From a virus, in the IMG/VR virus record IMGVR_UViG_3300025000_000065, positions 1-64,000 of that record: 64,000 nucleotides of DNA, one strand, 5' to 3'. Numbering within the stretch: position 1 is the first letter of the stretch; each line of letters begins with the position of its first letter. Positions 9,766 through 23,600 of the stretch are shown here, one piece after another. The translations under genes were made by a program, and so were the position numbers. The notes under the pieces are model-generated. The model had not been told where the DNA came from, did no database searches, and worked only from the letters and a program-made list of their open reading frames with translations.

Positions 9766-11399
9766 TTAATATTTTACATGAATTCTATTCCATCCATCAA
9801 TCATGATACTATCATCATATAAATCAATTTGATATAAATAATTATCATTATTTTTAATATTTTCTAAATTTTCAGAATATAAAGTTAAATATCCATCTTT
9901 TAAAATCCAATTATTTGATTTAAATTTATCAATTAAAATGTCTTCATTTTCTAACTTATCCCAAATTAAAATTTTTTGAACACTTTGATTTTTTATTTTT
10001 TCATAATTTTTTTGATTCATTTTAAAATCTCCAATTATCCAATTTTTTATTTTTTATTTTCTGATTATTTATTTATAAATTTTCTGGAATTCCATCATAA
10101 TAATAGTTAGTCATAATATTTGAAATACTATCATGATCAAATTTTGACATTAATTTAAAATTCCAATCTTTATTAAAATCCTGAAAACCAAAAAAATCAT
10201 TTTCAAAATTCATAAAATAAACTGAAAAATTATAATTATAGCCATCGTTAAGATTTACATATAATTTAATATTATTTTCCTTGTTTTCATAAATCAATTT
10301 TGAATTTTTATTATTTTTATTTGTTTTCATTTTATAATCTCCAATTTTTTATTTTTTATTTTTTTTATGATCCAATACTTATTTATGATTATAGGGATTA
10401 TTTTTTAAATGTCAATAGTCAATTTTCTATTTTCTGAAAATTGACTATTTTTTATTTTTTTTTAATTTTTATTAATTATTTTTTTCTGTTTTTTTTGTTA
10501 CCGATAAAATTGTACCGATCCGATTCACTTCAAAAATTTTATCAATCCATTTATTATCATGATCAAAAAATCTTAATGTATAAATAACTATACCCGTTTT
10601 TTGATCAAAATTTATCGATGCATTAATAGGTTTTAAAATGAACCATAATTCGCTTAATTTGTTGTCTTGTTTTTTTGAAGTGGTTTTATACATCCCATTA
10701 TTATATTTTATAGTTGACATTTTATTTTCTCCAATTCAATTTTTAATTATTTATTATCCCATGAAAATTTAGAATTAATAAATAAATTATTATTTTTTTC
10801 AAATAAGAAAAAAGATTTTTTCCAAAAAAACTTATCTATACCATGACCATTTTTTGTCAAACAATAATTCCACTTATTAACTGGATTGTATTTTATAACA
10901 TGGTAACAATATTTTATTTTATCCATTGTAAGCATTTTACCATCTCCAATTCTAATCTAATTTTTTTAATATCAATCTAATATCTTTTATATGCTGATTT
11001 TTTGGTAATTACTGAATTATTAAACATAATAACCAAAAAAACCAAAAAAATCAATACAATCATAATAATTGGATTTTTATCAATTGTTTTAAGAATAAAT
11101 TCGATAAAATCTCCAATTAAGCCAAAATTATTAAAGCTTGCTAAAATCTTATTAATTGTCATTTTTTAATCTCCTCATTATTCCATTAACCTATTGATCT
11201 ATTATTGACAATGAACAACGCGCACTGATTGATCAAATAATACTACGTCCCAATTGTGATTTAAACCAGTGTCAAAGCAGGTAATTTTTGTCTCAGAAAT
11301 TGCATACAATGGTTTCAAGTGAGAATTTACACTTAAAAATTCTACAATTTTTGGATCGATTGTGTATTTTCCGTTTCCCATCATATTTTCGATTTTCAT
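9766..11399 (-). other. Leftward early cluster of six small hypothetical CDS (9766-10020, 10073-10330, 10472-10720, 10747-10935, 10977-11162, 11202-11399)
   Basis: Each preceded by a GGAG/TTGGAG RBS; sigma70-type promoters at about 11477 and 10415 on the minus strand. Confidence 0.7.
10387..10415 (-). promoter_or_regulatory. Consensus sigma70 promoter
   Basis: TTGACA-17-TATAAT on the minus strand. Confidence 0.7.
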
Positions 11400-11999
11400 T
11401 TTTTTTGTCTCCTCATTATTTATTTTTAATTATTAACTATCATCAATACCAGTATACACAACATTTTATTAAATACAATACTTTTAAACAAATTAATACA
11501 ATTTTCAACTATTCGATTAACTTATACTAAAACCCAAAACCTATAAATTAAACTTATACTAAACTCATCCAGCATACTAAAAATACAGCCAAAATAAAGC
11601 ACTTTCAAGCGTTTTAAATCAATATAGGTCACTTTATATCTTAACTTTTAAAATCCATTTTAAAGCCAAAAATAACGATTTATAGCAATTTAAATTATTT
11701 TTTTTATGAGTTTTTTCTACCAAAAATTATTAAAAATTATTAAAAAATTTTATTTTTTACACGTGAAAATTAAAAATAAAATTATTTTTTTTATGGTCAA
11801 TTCCTAGAGATGATTATTTTTATTTTTTATTTATTTTTTTGATTATTTTAATGATCAAAATAATTTTAAAATAATTTTAATAAATTTTTAAAATTGATAA
11901 AAAAAAATTCATACTTGTATTATATTTTTTTTCTGTTATGATTTTTATATCGTATTTAATCAAAAAAAATAAAAAATAAACAATTGGAGAAAAAACAAA

Positions 12000-12853
12000 A
12001 TGACATTAAAAAAATATACTAAAAAACAATTAATTAATTTGTCGCCTGAATCAATGCTATACCAACATATTGATAATTTAAATTTACCTGAATTTATTAA
12101 AATTGAATTGTTCGAACAAATGAATTTTTTTTCACGAACAAAAAAAATATTAATGAATTCCTGGTCAAAGTGGGAATTTGAAAACTGGTATTATTCGGAT
12201 TAAAAAAAAAAAAATAAGGATATTAAAAAATGAATCAATATTATTATATCTATGGCTTAATGGGTTTAACGTCCTCAAGTACTTACACAAAAAATATTAA
12301 TAGATGGATTCGATTTTCTGAAGAGGAGAAAATTAAATTTGAAAAAAATAACATTTTACCATATGGCGTGACCAAAAAAGGAATTTTTATTAATGTTAAT
12401 AAATTTCATTAATAACAGATCATTAATAACAGATTAGATTAAACAAATAACAAATTATCAAATAAAATTAGAATTTTATCAGGAGATTAAAAAATGGAAA
12501 ATAAAAATATTAAATTAAAATTAGATAATAGTCACGAAAAAACATATAAAAATATTGAATATATTAATTCTATTATTTTTAAAAATAATGATCATGACAA
12601 TAATAAAATCGATAAAATATTAAATAATTATGATTGTATTTTAGCGTATTTTGAAGGACGTTTAAATTGTCAAAATGATGAAATTATTCTAACCAATTTA
12701 AAAATCGAAAATGAAAATTATATCATTGTTGGACAAAATTGTTTAAATAAACCTTATTTATCATCAATAGAATTATATAAAAAATCTGTAGACTATTCTT
12801 ATCCATTAACATATGATTTAATTGATAATTGGATTGATTCTAATAATTGGTAG
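12000..12853 (+). other. Three small early hypothetical CDS (12000-12203, 12230-12412, 12494-12853)
   Basis: ORF track, RBSs, promoter TTGTAT-16-TATGAT at 11915-11942. Confidence 0.65.
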
Positions 12854-12926
12854 AATGTCAACAGATTGTTAACAATTGTATCATTGTATCAAAATCTATT
12901 GACAATAATAAAAAAATGGCTATACT
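12853..12926 (+). promoter_or_regulatory. Early promoter with 45-bp upstream repeat, copy 1
   Basis: GAATGTCAACAGATTGTTAACAATTGTATCATTGTAT then TTGACA-16-TATACT. Confidence 0.7.
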
Positions 12927-12990
12927 GGAATATATCAGAATAACAAAATAATAAAATCAAATAACAGAAAATTAAAAAAGGATGTAGAAA

Positions 12991-13290
12991 ATGGAAGAGA
13001 CAACAACAACAACAACAAATAAACCAAAAATTAAATACTGGGTAACGATGACTGATAAATTTATGTCAAACTGGGGATTATCAGAAAATAGAATTAATAA
13101 ACTTGTTTTCGAATGTGAAAATTTTAATGAGGCTCGAATCGTTGCGGAAAATGCAGAAAATAGGTCAGATCAAAAATATATTAATATTTGTTCAAATAAA
13201 CCGTATTATAATAATAAAAGATATTTTGTTCAGATCAAAAATAAAGAAATTTATCCCTCCTGGTATGAAAAAGATTATTTCAAAGCATAG
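12991..13290 (+). CDS. Early phage hypothetical protein (YWVTMTDKFMSNWG)
   Basis: ORF track, RBS, own promoter. Confidence 0.7.
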   Translation: MEETTTTTTNKPKIKYWVTMTDKFMSNWGLSENRINKLVFECENFNEARIVAENAENRSDQKYINICSNKPYYNNKRYFVQIKNKEIYPSWYEKDYFKA

Positions 13291-13430
13291 GAGCAAAAAT
13301 GAAAAAGTAAAAATTATTAAATTATATTATACAGTATAAAAATAAAAAATTATAAAAGATTTATACTGTATAAAATTAATAGAATAATTTTAAAATTCTA
13401 TAAAATAAAAAAAATGGAGAAAATAAAAAA

Positions 13431-13826
13431 ATGAAAACCGTAACAAAATTAAACAAAAATGCTGAAAATAAATTAGAAAAATATATCGTAAAATACTTAA
13501 AAGATTATACTAATGATGAACAAGAATTAGAATCCCATATTTCAGATATTTTGCAATATGGCTGCCAATCCGGCGCAGTTAGTCCATTAATTTATTATTC
13601 TGATACTATACCATTTTTCAAAAAATATCAAAATGAAATTAATCAGTTATTATCAGAATTAATTAATGATACTGGTATGCCAATTTCAGAATTATTACAA
13701 TCTTTTGATGATACCGATCCTTTATGCCTGGATACTCAAAATCAGAATTTAATGGCGTGGTTTGGATTTGAAGAAACCTTAAGAAATTTGTGCTTAAAAT
13801 CTGAAGTATTGGAAGGTGAAATATAA
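13431..13826 (+). CDS. Acidic early phage hypothetical protein (GCQSG...LIYYSDT)
   Basis: ORF track, GGAG RBS. Confidence 0.7.
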   Translation: MKTVTKLNKNAENKLEKYIVKYLKDYTNDEQELESHISDILQYGCQSGAVSPLIYYSDTIPFFKKYQNEINQLLSELINDTGMPISELLQSFDDTDPLCLDTQNQNLMAWFGFEETLRNLCLKSEVLEGEI

Positions 13827-13958
13827 ACCAATAAAAATTATATTTTATTATCTGATTATTGCCATTATAAAAAATTATAAAATCCTATAATGGCAATGAT
13901 CAGGAAATAAAAAATAAAAATCAAATAACAGATCAAAAAAAAAAAAAGGAATGATATC

Positions 13959-15088
13959 ATGACAACAAATAGCAAAAATTTATTTAATATTTTACCTGAA
14001 GAAAACTTTAATCAATATGCTGAAAATAGAAAAGAATATGTAATCAATCAATATATCGATTATGCCATAAAAAGAGATTATGAAACACGAACAAGGGAAC
14101 AAATAGAAAAAAGCATAACAGATTATTTTTATTATATGGAAGTAGATTTTAAAAGATATCAGGAAGAAGTTTTTAAACATAATGAAGAATATAAAAGAAA
14201 ATACGGAAGAAGTTTAAATCCATTTTTAAATCAAACAATTCCTGATCATGATTATGCTAGTATGAAAACTGGTATTTCTACATTTTTTATTATGAATTTA
14301 TTTGGTATATTTGATTCTTTATGTCGTCAATATAAAAAAGAAAATGATCAAATAACAGAATAAAAAAATAGTATAATAACAAATAAGGAATTATAAAAAT
14401 GAATGATCGAAAATCCTATAAAATAACAAATTCAGAAAACAATGATTATATAAAAGATTTAATTATTCCTGATTATGTTATACAGGAATTAAATAAAAGT
14501 TTTCATAATCAAAAATCAGATTATTATAATAATTTTGGAAATTTTTTTCCTATTTGGAATGAAAAAATTAATGAATTTTTAATTAAAAATTTTCCAATTT
14601 TCACAAATGAAAACATGATTTATAATATAAATAATATTTATAAAATTGTTTTTAATTGGAATAATCAAATATTTTATATATCATCATAAAATAAAAAGGA
14701 ATAACAGATCATAAAAACCATTAAATTTATGCTACGTGAAAATAGCAATGAAATAGACAACGAAGGAAAGGAATTTTTCCATAAATTCTATATACTACCA
14801 AAAAAATTAACATTATCCTGGAAATGGCTATTTTTTGACATGGTAATTATTGATAAGGATTTTATAACACAACGGATTAAAATTTTTAAACATGTAATTA
14901 CATTCTACTATAATTTTAATAAAAAGGATTTTAGAATTATTTTGTATGATGCAAGAGGATATATGTATATAGAAATTCAAAATTTAAATCCTGATCATAA
15001 AATAACATTCTGGAAAAATGAAAAAAGGAAATTAAATGGTAAAATGAAATTCCCAAAATATATTTTCACTTCAGATAAAATTAAATAA
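13959..15088 (+). other. Three early hypothetical CDS (13959-14363, 14399-14689, 14729-15088)
   Basis: ORF track, AAGGA RBSs. Confidence 0.6.
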
Positions 15089-15632
15089 AAATAAAACAAT
15101 AAAATAATAAAACAATAAACCATAAAACAAAATAACAGAAAGGGAATAACAGATCACGAAAACAAAAAAAGAAACGCAACAATTGAAAAAGAATCGCAAG
15201 GAAAAAGAAAATAAAAAATTATTGTATTTTGCTTTATTACGTGAAGATAAGGAAAATTAAAAATGGATAATTCAGGATTTTTTATAGCCATAATGGTATT
15301 TATTGGGATTTTTTATATTGTCATTTATGAAATTATTAAAGATAAAATGAAACAAAAAAGAATTGAAGATCAAAATAAATGGAGAAAAAATATATGTAAT
15401 TTTCCTAAGCATAACAGATAAAAAAATAAAAAAATCCTTCCTCCTCCTCTGAATGTGATATCTAAAATTAAAAAAAGATATCACATTCTATTTTAAACAC
15501 ATTTTCCAGTATAATAAAATGATTTATATACTAATAGATATAAAATGATCAATGGTAATTTAAAAACGCTGAAAATGGCTAAAAATAACCAATAAAAACA
15601 GTATTTTATTTAATAAATTGCTGGTTGAATTG

Positions 15633-15706
15633 GAATGTTAACAGATTGTTAACGATTGTATCATTGTATAAAAAACTATTGCAATTTATTTATAACTTGC
15701 TATAAT
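15633..15706 (+). promoter_or_regulatory. Early promoter with 45-bp upstream repeat, copy 2
   Basis: GAATGTTAACAGATTGTTAACGATTGTATCATTGTAT then TTGCAA-16-TATAAT with an extended TGn. Confidence 0.7.
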
Positions 15707-15749
15707 TAGTATAGAAATAAAAAATAAATAAAAAATAGGAGATAAAAAA

Positions 15750-16136
15750 ATGAACAACAAATTATATAAACACTTTTCGGGAACATTACAAGCTTATCAA
15801 AATTGTATTAAAACTGGTAATAAAATTTGGGAAGATAAACACGAAGAAAAATTAAATGAATTGGTTAAAAATGAAATGCCACATGGAAGTGGTATTGATG
15901 CTGGTATGGAATTAGATTTAATCAATTCCAAACCAAATAAATTGATTTTTACATTCGAATTTCATCATATGGATGAAAATGGTATGTATAATGGATGGAC
16001 TGATCATAAATTAGTTGTTACGCCTGATTTATACAATGATTTTTATACAAATATAACAGGAAGAAACAAGAATTATATTAAAGATTATTTATATGAAATT
16101 TTTGAATATGCTTTACGACAGGAAGTTGATTATTAA
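15750..16136 (+). CDS. Early phage hypothetical protein (PHGSGID motif)
   Basis: ORF track, AGGAG RBS, own promoter. Confidence 0.7.
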   Translation: MNNKLYKHFSGTLQAYQNCIKTGNKIWEDKHEEKLNELVKNEMPHGSGIDAGMELDLINSKPNKLIFTFEFHHMDENGMYNGWTDHKLVVTPDLYNDFYTNITGRNKNYIKDYLYEIFEYALRQEVDY

Positions 16137-16341
16137 TAACAGAAAAAAATGGAGATTAAATCATGTGGCAAACAAAAATTTTTAAAACAGAAAAATCAAG
16201 AAATAACTGGATTGAAAAAAATAAGAATAAGTATAGAATTGATATTATTTTTGTCAATAATGGCTATGGAATAGAATATAAAAAACTGGTGAAAATTTAA
16301 ATAATAAAATCAAAATTTTATTAGAAAAGGATAACAACAGA

Positions 16342-17934
16342 ATGAAAACATATAATATCAGAATTCATAAAAAAGATGATACTACAATTTTAGAAAAAAT
16401 TCCTGCTTATCTTTATGAATATATGGGATATAAATTTTTAGTACATAAAACCTGGTTATCGATAAAAAATAATGAAAAAAATCCTGCATGGCAAGTATCA
16501 GAATTTGATACTGGTATGGGATTTATTTCATTTTGTGATAGTAAAAAAGAATGTTATGAAAAAATTCATAATTGGTTTAATGTAGACAATATTGGATCAA
16601 GAATAGAATTTTTTGATCAAGCTGTAAAATCTCAAATAAACAGATACGGAAAAGCAAATTAAACAATAACAAAAGGATTGAATAAAATGAGAACAAGAAA
16701 AACATTAAAAATTGGAAGTGAAGTATTATATCAATATTTTAATAAACCTGAAAAAAAGTTTTATGGTGATATCAGAAAAGGAATTGTAAGAGATATTTTT
16801 GATCATAATGGAGAAAAACTTTTTGAAATAGAACACGCAATAGAAGATACAAATATTCTTGTTTCGATAATTGTACATAGAAAAGAAATTAAATCAATCC
16901 TATCATAACAGAAATACAAACCAATAAAAGGTTAATTTTATTAGAATAACAATAACAGAAAATAAAAGGAAAAAATAAAATGAGTGCATTTATAGTAAAC
17001 AAAAAACATATTGATTACCTTGTATCAGCATTATATTATAATAATAAAGATTACAGTAATAAATATATGGATATTCAAGAATTAAACAAAATTGGTCAAA
17101 CCTTAGTTGATGCAAATTATAAAAGTGTTAATTATCGTTATAATGAATCTGAAAAACCATATAAATATATTTTTTCTCAAGTTTTTGCAATTGATTTTAT
17201 TCAAGTATTAAAAGGAATTAATTGTCTTGATTATCAATCCTGCGAATATCCTGCATGGGAAAGATCAAAAGCAAAAAAGATTTTAAATCAAATAAAAGAT
17301 CAATGTATTTATCATCTTACCGATTCTGAAAAATATAAATGGGAAATTAGATAATAACAGAATATAAAAGATAATGGAGAATAACAAAATGAAAATAAAA
17401 TCAAAAGATAACAGAACAATATATGAACCAGTTGAATTTCAATATATTATTCCCAATGGAGTATTTTATCTTGAAAATCCACTTGAAAATAAAAATGCTT
17501 TACCTCATTATACATGCGAAAATTTTGATCCTGAATTGATGGTATGGACAGTTTATTTTGAATGGCAAAATACTAATCCCTGGATTAAAAAAGAATTTCG
17601 ATCCTTCCAATATGGAAATAAATTAGCTGGATTAATCAATTCAATAGATTCAGATATGTTTTAAGGGAATAACAAAATGATCAAAGTATTTTTTTATGGC
17701 GAAGATGATAACAAAAGAAAAATAACAGTAAAAATGAGTAGCATTAAATCTTATGATAAGTTTATTGATGAATATAAATATATTGGAGGATTCAACAGGT
17801 TTTCAAGTGAAATATATGGTGATATGAATAAAAAAGAATCTGATCGATATATCTTTATTCCTGCGAACAACAGAGGATTTGAAGTAATTTATAAAATGTT
17901 ATATGGTCATTCTCCATATGTAGTAAGAAAATAA
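16342..17934 (+). other. Five early hypothetical CDS (16342-16662, 16678-16908, 16980-17354, 17374-17664, 17677-17934)
   Basis: ORF track, RBSs; 16980 carries MSAFIV...LDYQSCE. Confidence 0.65.
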
Positions 17935-17947
17935 AAAAAATTGGCTA

Positions 17948-17975
17948 TTGTAAATAATAAAAAACTTGTTATAAT
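17948..17975 (+). promoter_or_regulatory. Sigma70-type promoter
   Basis: TTGTAA-16-TATAAT with TGn. Confidence 0.65.
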
Positions 17976-18022
17976 AAAATTAGAAATAAACAACAATAAC
18001 AGAAACGAAAGGGAAAAATAAA

Positions 18023-20514
18023 ATGACGACACCAGTAATTTTTAGAAAATTTAAAGAAGGCGATGTAATAGCGTTATTTCCTACAATTCCTTATTCCTGG
18101 AAATATGATTTTACATGCTATCAACATATTGGTCAACATTCTGGATGTGAAGGAATTATCACAGAATTAACAAAGTTATGTAAACCCGAAGAATATAAGG
18201 ATTTATTAGAAGAATTAATCTCAATGGGTTATGATGATTTAGTTGTAAGAAAAAAGATTACCTACAAACATTTTTTAGAACGAGAAAAAAGTATGAAGGA
18301 GATAACAGAATGAAAATTAAATTAAATAAATCAGAATATTGGATTTTATTAGAAGCATTAAGACGATATTTAAAATTCAATGATCAAAATAAATCAACAA
18401 CAGAATGTTGGACAGGTTTAGAAACATTGACGACAGCAAAAAGTGTTATTGAAAAAGGATATATGAATTGGGTATATAAAAAACCTTATCGATCATTAGG
18501 ATGGTTGAAATTAACAGAAAAAGGATCAAAGATTATTGAACAATGGATAAACGATGGTTATACAGAATTAGAATTTATTGAAGGTTTCGATTGGGAATAT
18601 CCAACAAAAAATAAAAATTTACCTGGTCAATTAGTTGAAATAAATTTGTAAAACCAATAAAAAGATTGTTTTATTAGATAATAACAGAAAGGAATTGTAA
18701 CATGAATAATAATAAAAGAAAAACAATTATTTATGAATATGATAAAATTAATACGTTTATTGGAGAAAAATCTTTATCTCCATATGAAAAAAAATTACTT
18801 CATCAATGGAAAAAAGAATGTGGATTTATTGGTTATATTTCAGGATATCGTTATTGGAACAATGAAACAGAATCGGTATTAGTTTATTGTAAAAATTATC
18901 CTGGAATTACTGATATTGAAAACAGACGATCAAACGGATTACATAAAGCAAAATTTTATTATCTATAACAGAAAGGATTTTATAAATGTATATTCAATGG
19001 ATTTGTGGAAGTTGCAAAGAAATAAATTCAAATAACAATACAAAAAATAGTGTTTGTACATGTGGTGCATGTGGAAAAAAGAAAAATATTAATTATATTA
19101 AAAAATATTTTATATATATTATAACCAATAATTTATCAATTAATAATTTTAAAAGCTAATAATAAAAAGGATTTTATAAATGGATAAAACATTTTATATT
19201 CAAAAAAATATTGGAAGGTCAAAATATGTGCTGAATTATCACGATGGAATTCAAACACATAAAGATAACAGTCCGTTTTTTGGAATTGAGATTTTTTCAA
19301 ACATAAAAAAATTGAATAACAGAATTAAAGAATTAAGATTGTTGGGATATCAGGAAAAATATTAATAAAAAGGAAAAAATTATGATTATTGAAGTTGAAA
19401 ATAAAACGTATGAATATAATAAAGAAAATCCAACCAATATTTTAGCCATACTCAACCATAGTCCATTTAGATTATACAAGGTTAACAAAAATTGGGTTTA
19501 TCATATAGTTGACAACGGTAACATTGATTCAATATTGATTGTCGATGGTGGATTTGTTATTCAGGATATAAAACAACAAAGAAGTGTTATGTTTATGGTT
19601 GATGATATAGATTGTATTGCTGTTTATACGGATGTTGTTGAAATTTATTATCATAAACATATTACTTATACTCAATTTGAAGGGATTATAAAATGAGAAA
19701 TAATAATGATGAAAGTAATCCAACATGCAAGGGAATTGAATTAGAAGATTTATATAACAAATTGTCAAATTTTTATGAGGATAATTATTTTGAATATTAT
19801 GATAATAATGAAATTCATACAAAATTAAGGGAAATTCAAGATTTATTACATGAAACCTTAAAATTAATGGAATGGCAAATGAAAAACAACAATCAAGTAA
19901 AGCTTGACAATTGGAAAAGAAATTCTAATAATCAATAAAAGGAAAATAAAATGTATATTTATAACTATCAATTAATCGATGCAATAAAAAAATTAGAAAA
20001 TGAGATTAAATCTCATGCTGGAAAAGATTCAATAAAAAATTATTTGTTATTTGAATATAATCCTTTAGGTGATGCTGATAAAAGAATTTGTTTATATAAA
20101 ACCGATGGATTATTCACTGATAATAAAGATAACAAAAATTTCAAAACCTGTTTTACGGCAAACTCAAAGGTATTTTCAAGCAATGATGAATTTTATGCCA
20201 TTGTACCAGTAAAACAACTGTTAGAATCCCTTAAATTCTACGATAAAAGCAGTATGGTTCAAATATCTATTGATGAAAATTATAAAATGATAAAAAAATA
20301 TTGTCAAATATTTGATACCACAAAATTAGAAAAACAAAAAACATTAAGAAATTTAGATTATAGTTATCTTTATAACAGAGGAAATTTTACCGTAAAAACA
20401 ATTTGTTTTGTTATTGATGGATGTAAAATAAATTTTATTTCTCAAGAAGGAAGAGATGAAATTCTTAAAAACATTTTCCAGGACGAAGAAAGAATTTATG
20501 AAATTATTGAGTAA
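18023..20514 (+). other. Seven early hypothetical CDS (18023-18313, 18310-18651, 18702-18968, 19180-19365, 19382-19696, 19693-19938, 19951-20514)
   Basis: ORF track, RBSs, ATGA overlaps. Confidence 0.65.
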
Positions 20515-20559
20515 CAGTTAACAACCAATAAAAAATCTATTTTATTAGAAAATTGGTAC

Positions 20560-20587
20560 TTGTAATTTGAAAATAAGTTGCTATAAT
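20560..20587 (+). promoter_or_regulatory. Sigma70-type promoter
   Basis: TTGTAA-16-TATAAT with TGn; upstream AAAATTGGTAC also precedes the recombinase promoter at 44190. Confidence 0.65.
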
Positions 20588-20609
20588 CAATAGTAAAGGA
20601 GATAACAAA

Positions 20610-23600
20610 ATGACAACTGTACTCAACCTAAGAAATACACCAGTAAAAATTATGAATGATAAATTGTCTACAATAAATTTTAGTGTTATTGAACCTATAA
20701 TTTATGATTATCACATTATGAATAATATACAAATGTATTTCAATATGGAATATTATCAATTTACTAATGAACTTGCGAATAGTGACCTTGAAATTGTTGG
20801 ATGGGAATATAAATCAGGAGATAAAACCTTGATTGTAAATTTTGATTATAAAAATTGTGCTGGTTATATCTATCTTTAGAATAAAAAAAGGAGAAAAATA
20901 AAATGACAAATAATCCGAAAATTACAGTAAATAATTTATTGAAAGGTTTAATTGGATCGGGAATAATCATAACAGATTGGAATAAATTAAATAACAGAAT
21001 GGATGTTTTATTTGGATGTAATACCAATGTTGAAATAACAATCAATAGAAAAAAAGAACAGGTTTTAATTGATGTAAAAGGTGGTGTAGTACAAAATATT
21101 TTGACAACTTGTGAGAACACTGATTTTACACTTATTGATTGGGATAATATTGAAGGTGGTCAAGAAGATTTATTTGAATTAGGTGATTATGGCGCAGAAG
21201 TAAAAACAGAAGGTGATATCTTAAATGCAATCAATGAAGCTAATCAAGAAATCTTAGATAATAACAAATTTTATAATGAGGAAGAATAAAATGACAGAAA
21301 AACATTTTTTTAAGCCTGGTGAATATTGGATTGGTGATCCTTGTTATGCAGTGAAAGATGAAAACTGGAATGAGTTATGTGATAACACAGGATGTTTTGG
21401 TTTAGAATTAGAGAAATTTCCCTCTAATTGGCAAAGCGGTTTATTTGAATATAATGATCAATTGTGCTTTACATATAAAACAAAATATGGAGATGGTACA
21501 TATTATGATAACAAAGGGAATGAATATGGTGTAGATGCTGGATTAATTGGAATTATGCCGATTGAATGTTGTGATGGTGATAGTATGCATGGTGGAAATA
21601 TTCATATTTTTGAACATTCTTTTCAAGTATGGGAAGAAAATGGAAAATTTTATTTTGGAGATATTGAAATAAATACTGATGATATTGATGATTTTTGGAA
21701 TGAAGATTTAGAATATTAATAAAAAATAAGGAAAATTAAAATGAAAAAAACAGAAAATAATCAAATAAAAATATCTGAAAAAGAAATAATTGAACATTTA
21801 ACAACTTTTATTGAGGAATGCGATTCAGATGAATTAGCAAGAATAACAGGAGATATTTTTGGTGGAAAATGTTTTTGGTCAGGAGATATTGAATATATGG
21901 ATGAAATATATGATGCAATTTACACTTTTGAACCTGATGAAAATTATGCTGGCGAATTTGATAGCCTTGATTTAGACCAATAAAAAGTTTATTTTATTAG
22001 AAATGATATAACAGAAAGGACAATAACAATGAGCGAAAATAGAAAAAGACATCCTGGAAATTATAAAAAATTAGCACGAGCATTAGAACAACGTGGTTAT
22101 AAGGTAGAAAAAGAAATTATTTTTGACTATAAATATATTTTTTCCAACCTATCTAATAAGAAGAAACAATCACTTTTCACATTTTGGAAAATAACAGGAA
22201 AAGGAATTGATGGTGGTTTTTGTACACCTAACAAACAAAGTTATAAAAGTCTTCGAGGTCATCTTACAGCAGATAACACTGAATGCTTTGATAAATGGAG
22301 CAAGTGTCCGTTGAGAATGAAAATTCAAAATCTTGATTATGAAAAACTTTTCAAAGAATTGGAATTATTGGGAAGTCCAGAAGGATTAGAAATATCAGAT
22401 AATTTTGATGAAAATGGCGTTTTTACATACGAAGAAGCCTAATAAAATAAAAGTTTTATTGTATAATAACAAACAATCAATAACAGATAAGAAAGGACAA
22501 ATAACATGTGGAATTTTATAGATGCTGAAATAAAATGGAAAACAGATGACAGTATTAAAGATGAATTACTTATTATGTATTGGAATAAAAAAACGAAAAT
22601 TGGAGCTGATTTTTCTATCAAGTGGTATTTTTTAGACACTCCCACACCTAGACTTGAAATTTTTGAAGATTCCTGGTTGGCTTTATATCAATGTGGTCAA
22701 GATTTTCTGAAAGTGCTTGCTGAAAATGATAATAAAAATTTAACTAAAAATGAAATGAAAGTTAAATTATTGGAAATTGGTTTTGTTGATAAAACCCATG
22801 AGAATTCATAAAACAATAAAATGATATTTTTATCAGAAAGGAAATGAAACATGAATTTTATTATAGTTTTTAATCTTATTATAAATATATTAATTTTATT
22901 ATGTCTTTTATATTATTTTATTCTTTGGAGAATTAGTTTTACCTGGAATAAAACTTTTTGGACAGAAAAAAAATATGGATTTACTATGTGGTGGAAACCT
23001 TTTAATCATGATTATGAAAAAGGAATTATCAGTATCGATTTCATCAATATAAAAAAGATAGAAGAATTAGAAGAAAAAGAAAGGTTTGGTAAACGATGAT
23101 TGATAACGATATTGCAAATTTACGTAAAGATTGGAATTACAAAAATAATGATGATACATTAATTCTTTTGGAAAGAATAGATCAATTGTGTATAGAATGT
23201 GGTAGAATTTTCCAGGCATTGAAAGAAGTCCAAGAGCATTTAAGAAATGGTAACAAGAATAAAGCTTTAACAATCGTGAATGAAGCCTTAGAGCCAAAAA
23301 GATATAATAACAGACCATATAAGGAAAACGGTAATGAATATTAAACAAATATTTTGTTTTCATAATTATGAATTAAAAAAAGAAGAATATCTTTATTCGA
23401 AAAAAAGATGGAAGGTATTTGATAATGAAATTTGGGAAGTTTTTTATGATTATTACTCAGAAGAATATAAATGTGACAAATGTAATAAAGTAAAGAAAAA
23501 ATTAAAGAAAAGATAAGTTTTATTAAGGAAACCAGGAGAAAATAAAAATATGAACATAACAGAATTATTTACAAGAGAAAACGAAAATGATCTTGACATT

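Noticed and set aside
19951-20514. Possible sliding-clamp fragment (IVPVKQLLESLK...VQISID)
   Set aside because: Only a short resemblance; length and context do not support it without a profile search.
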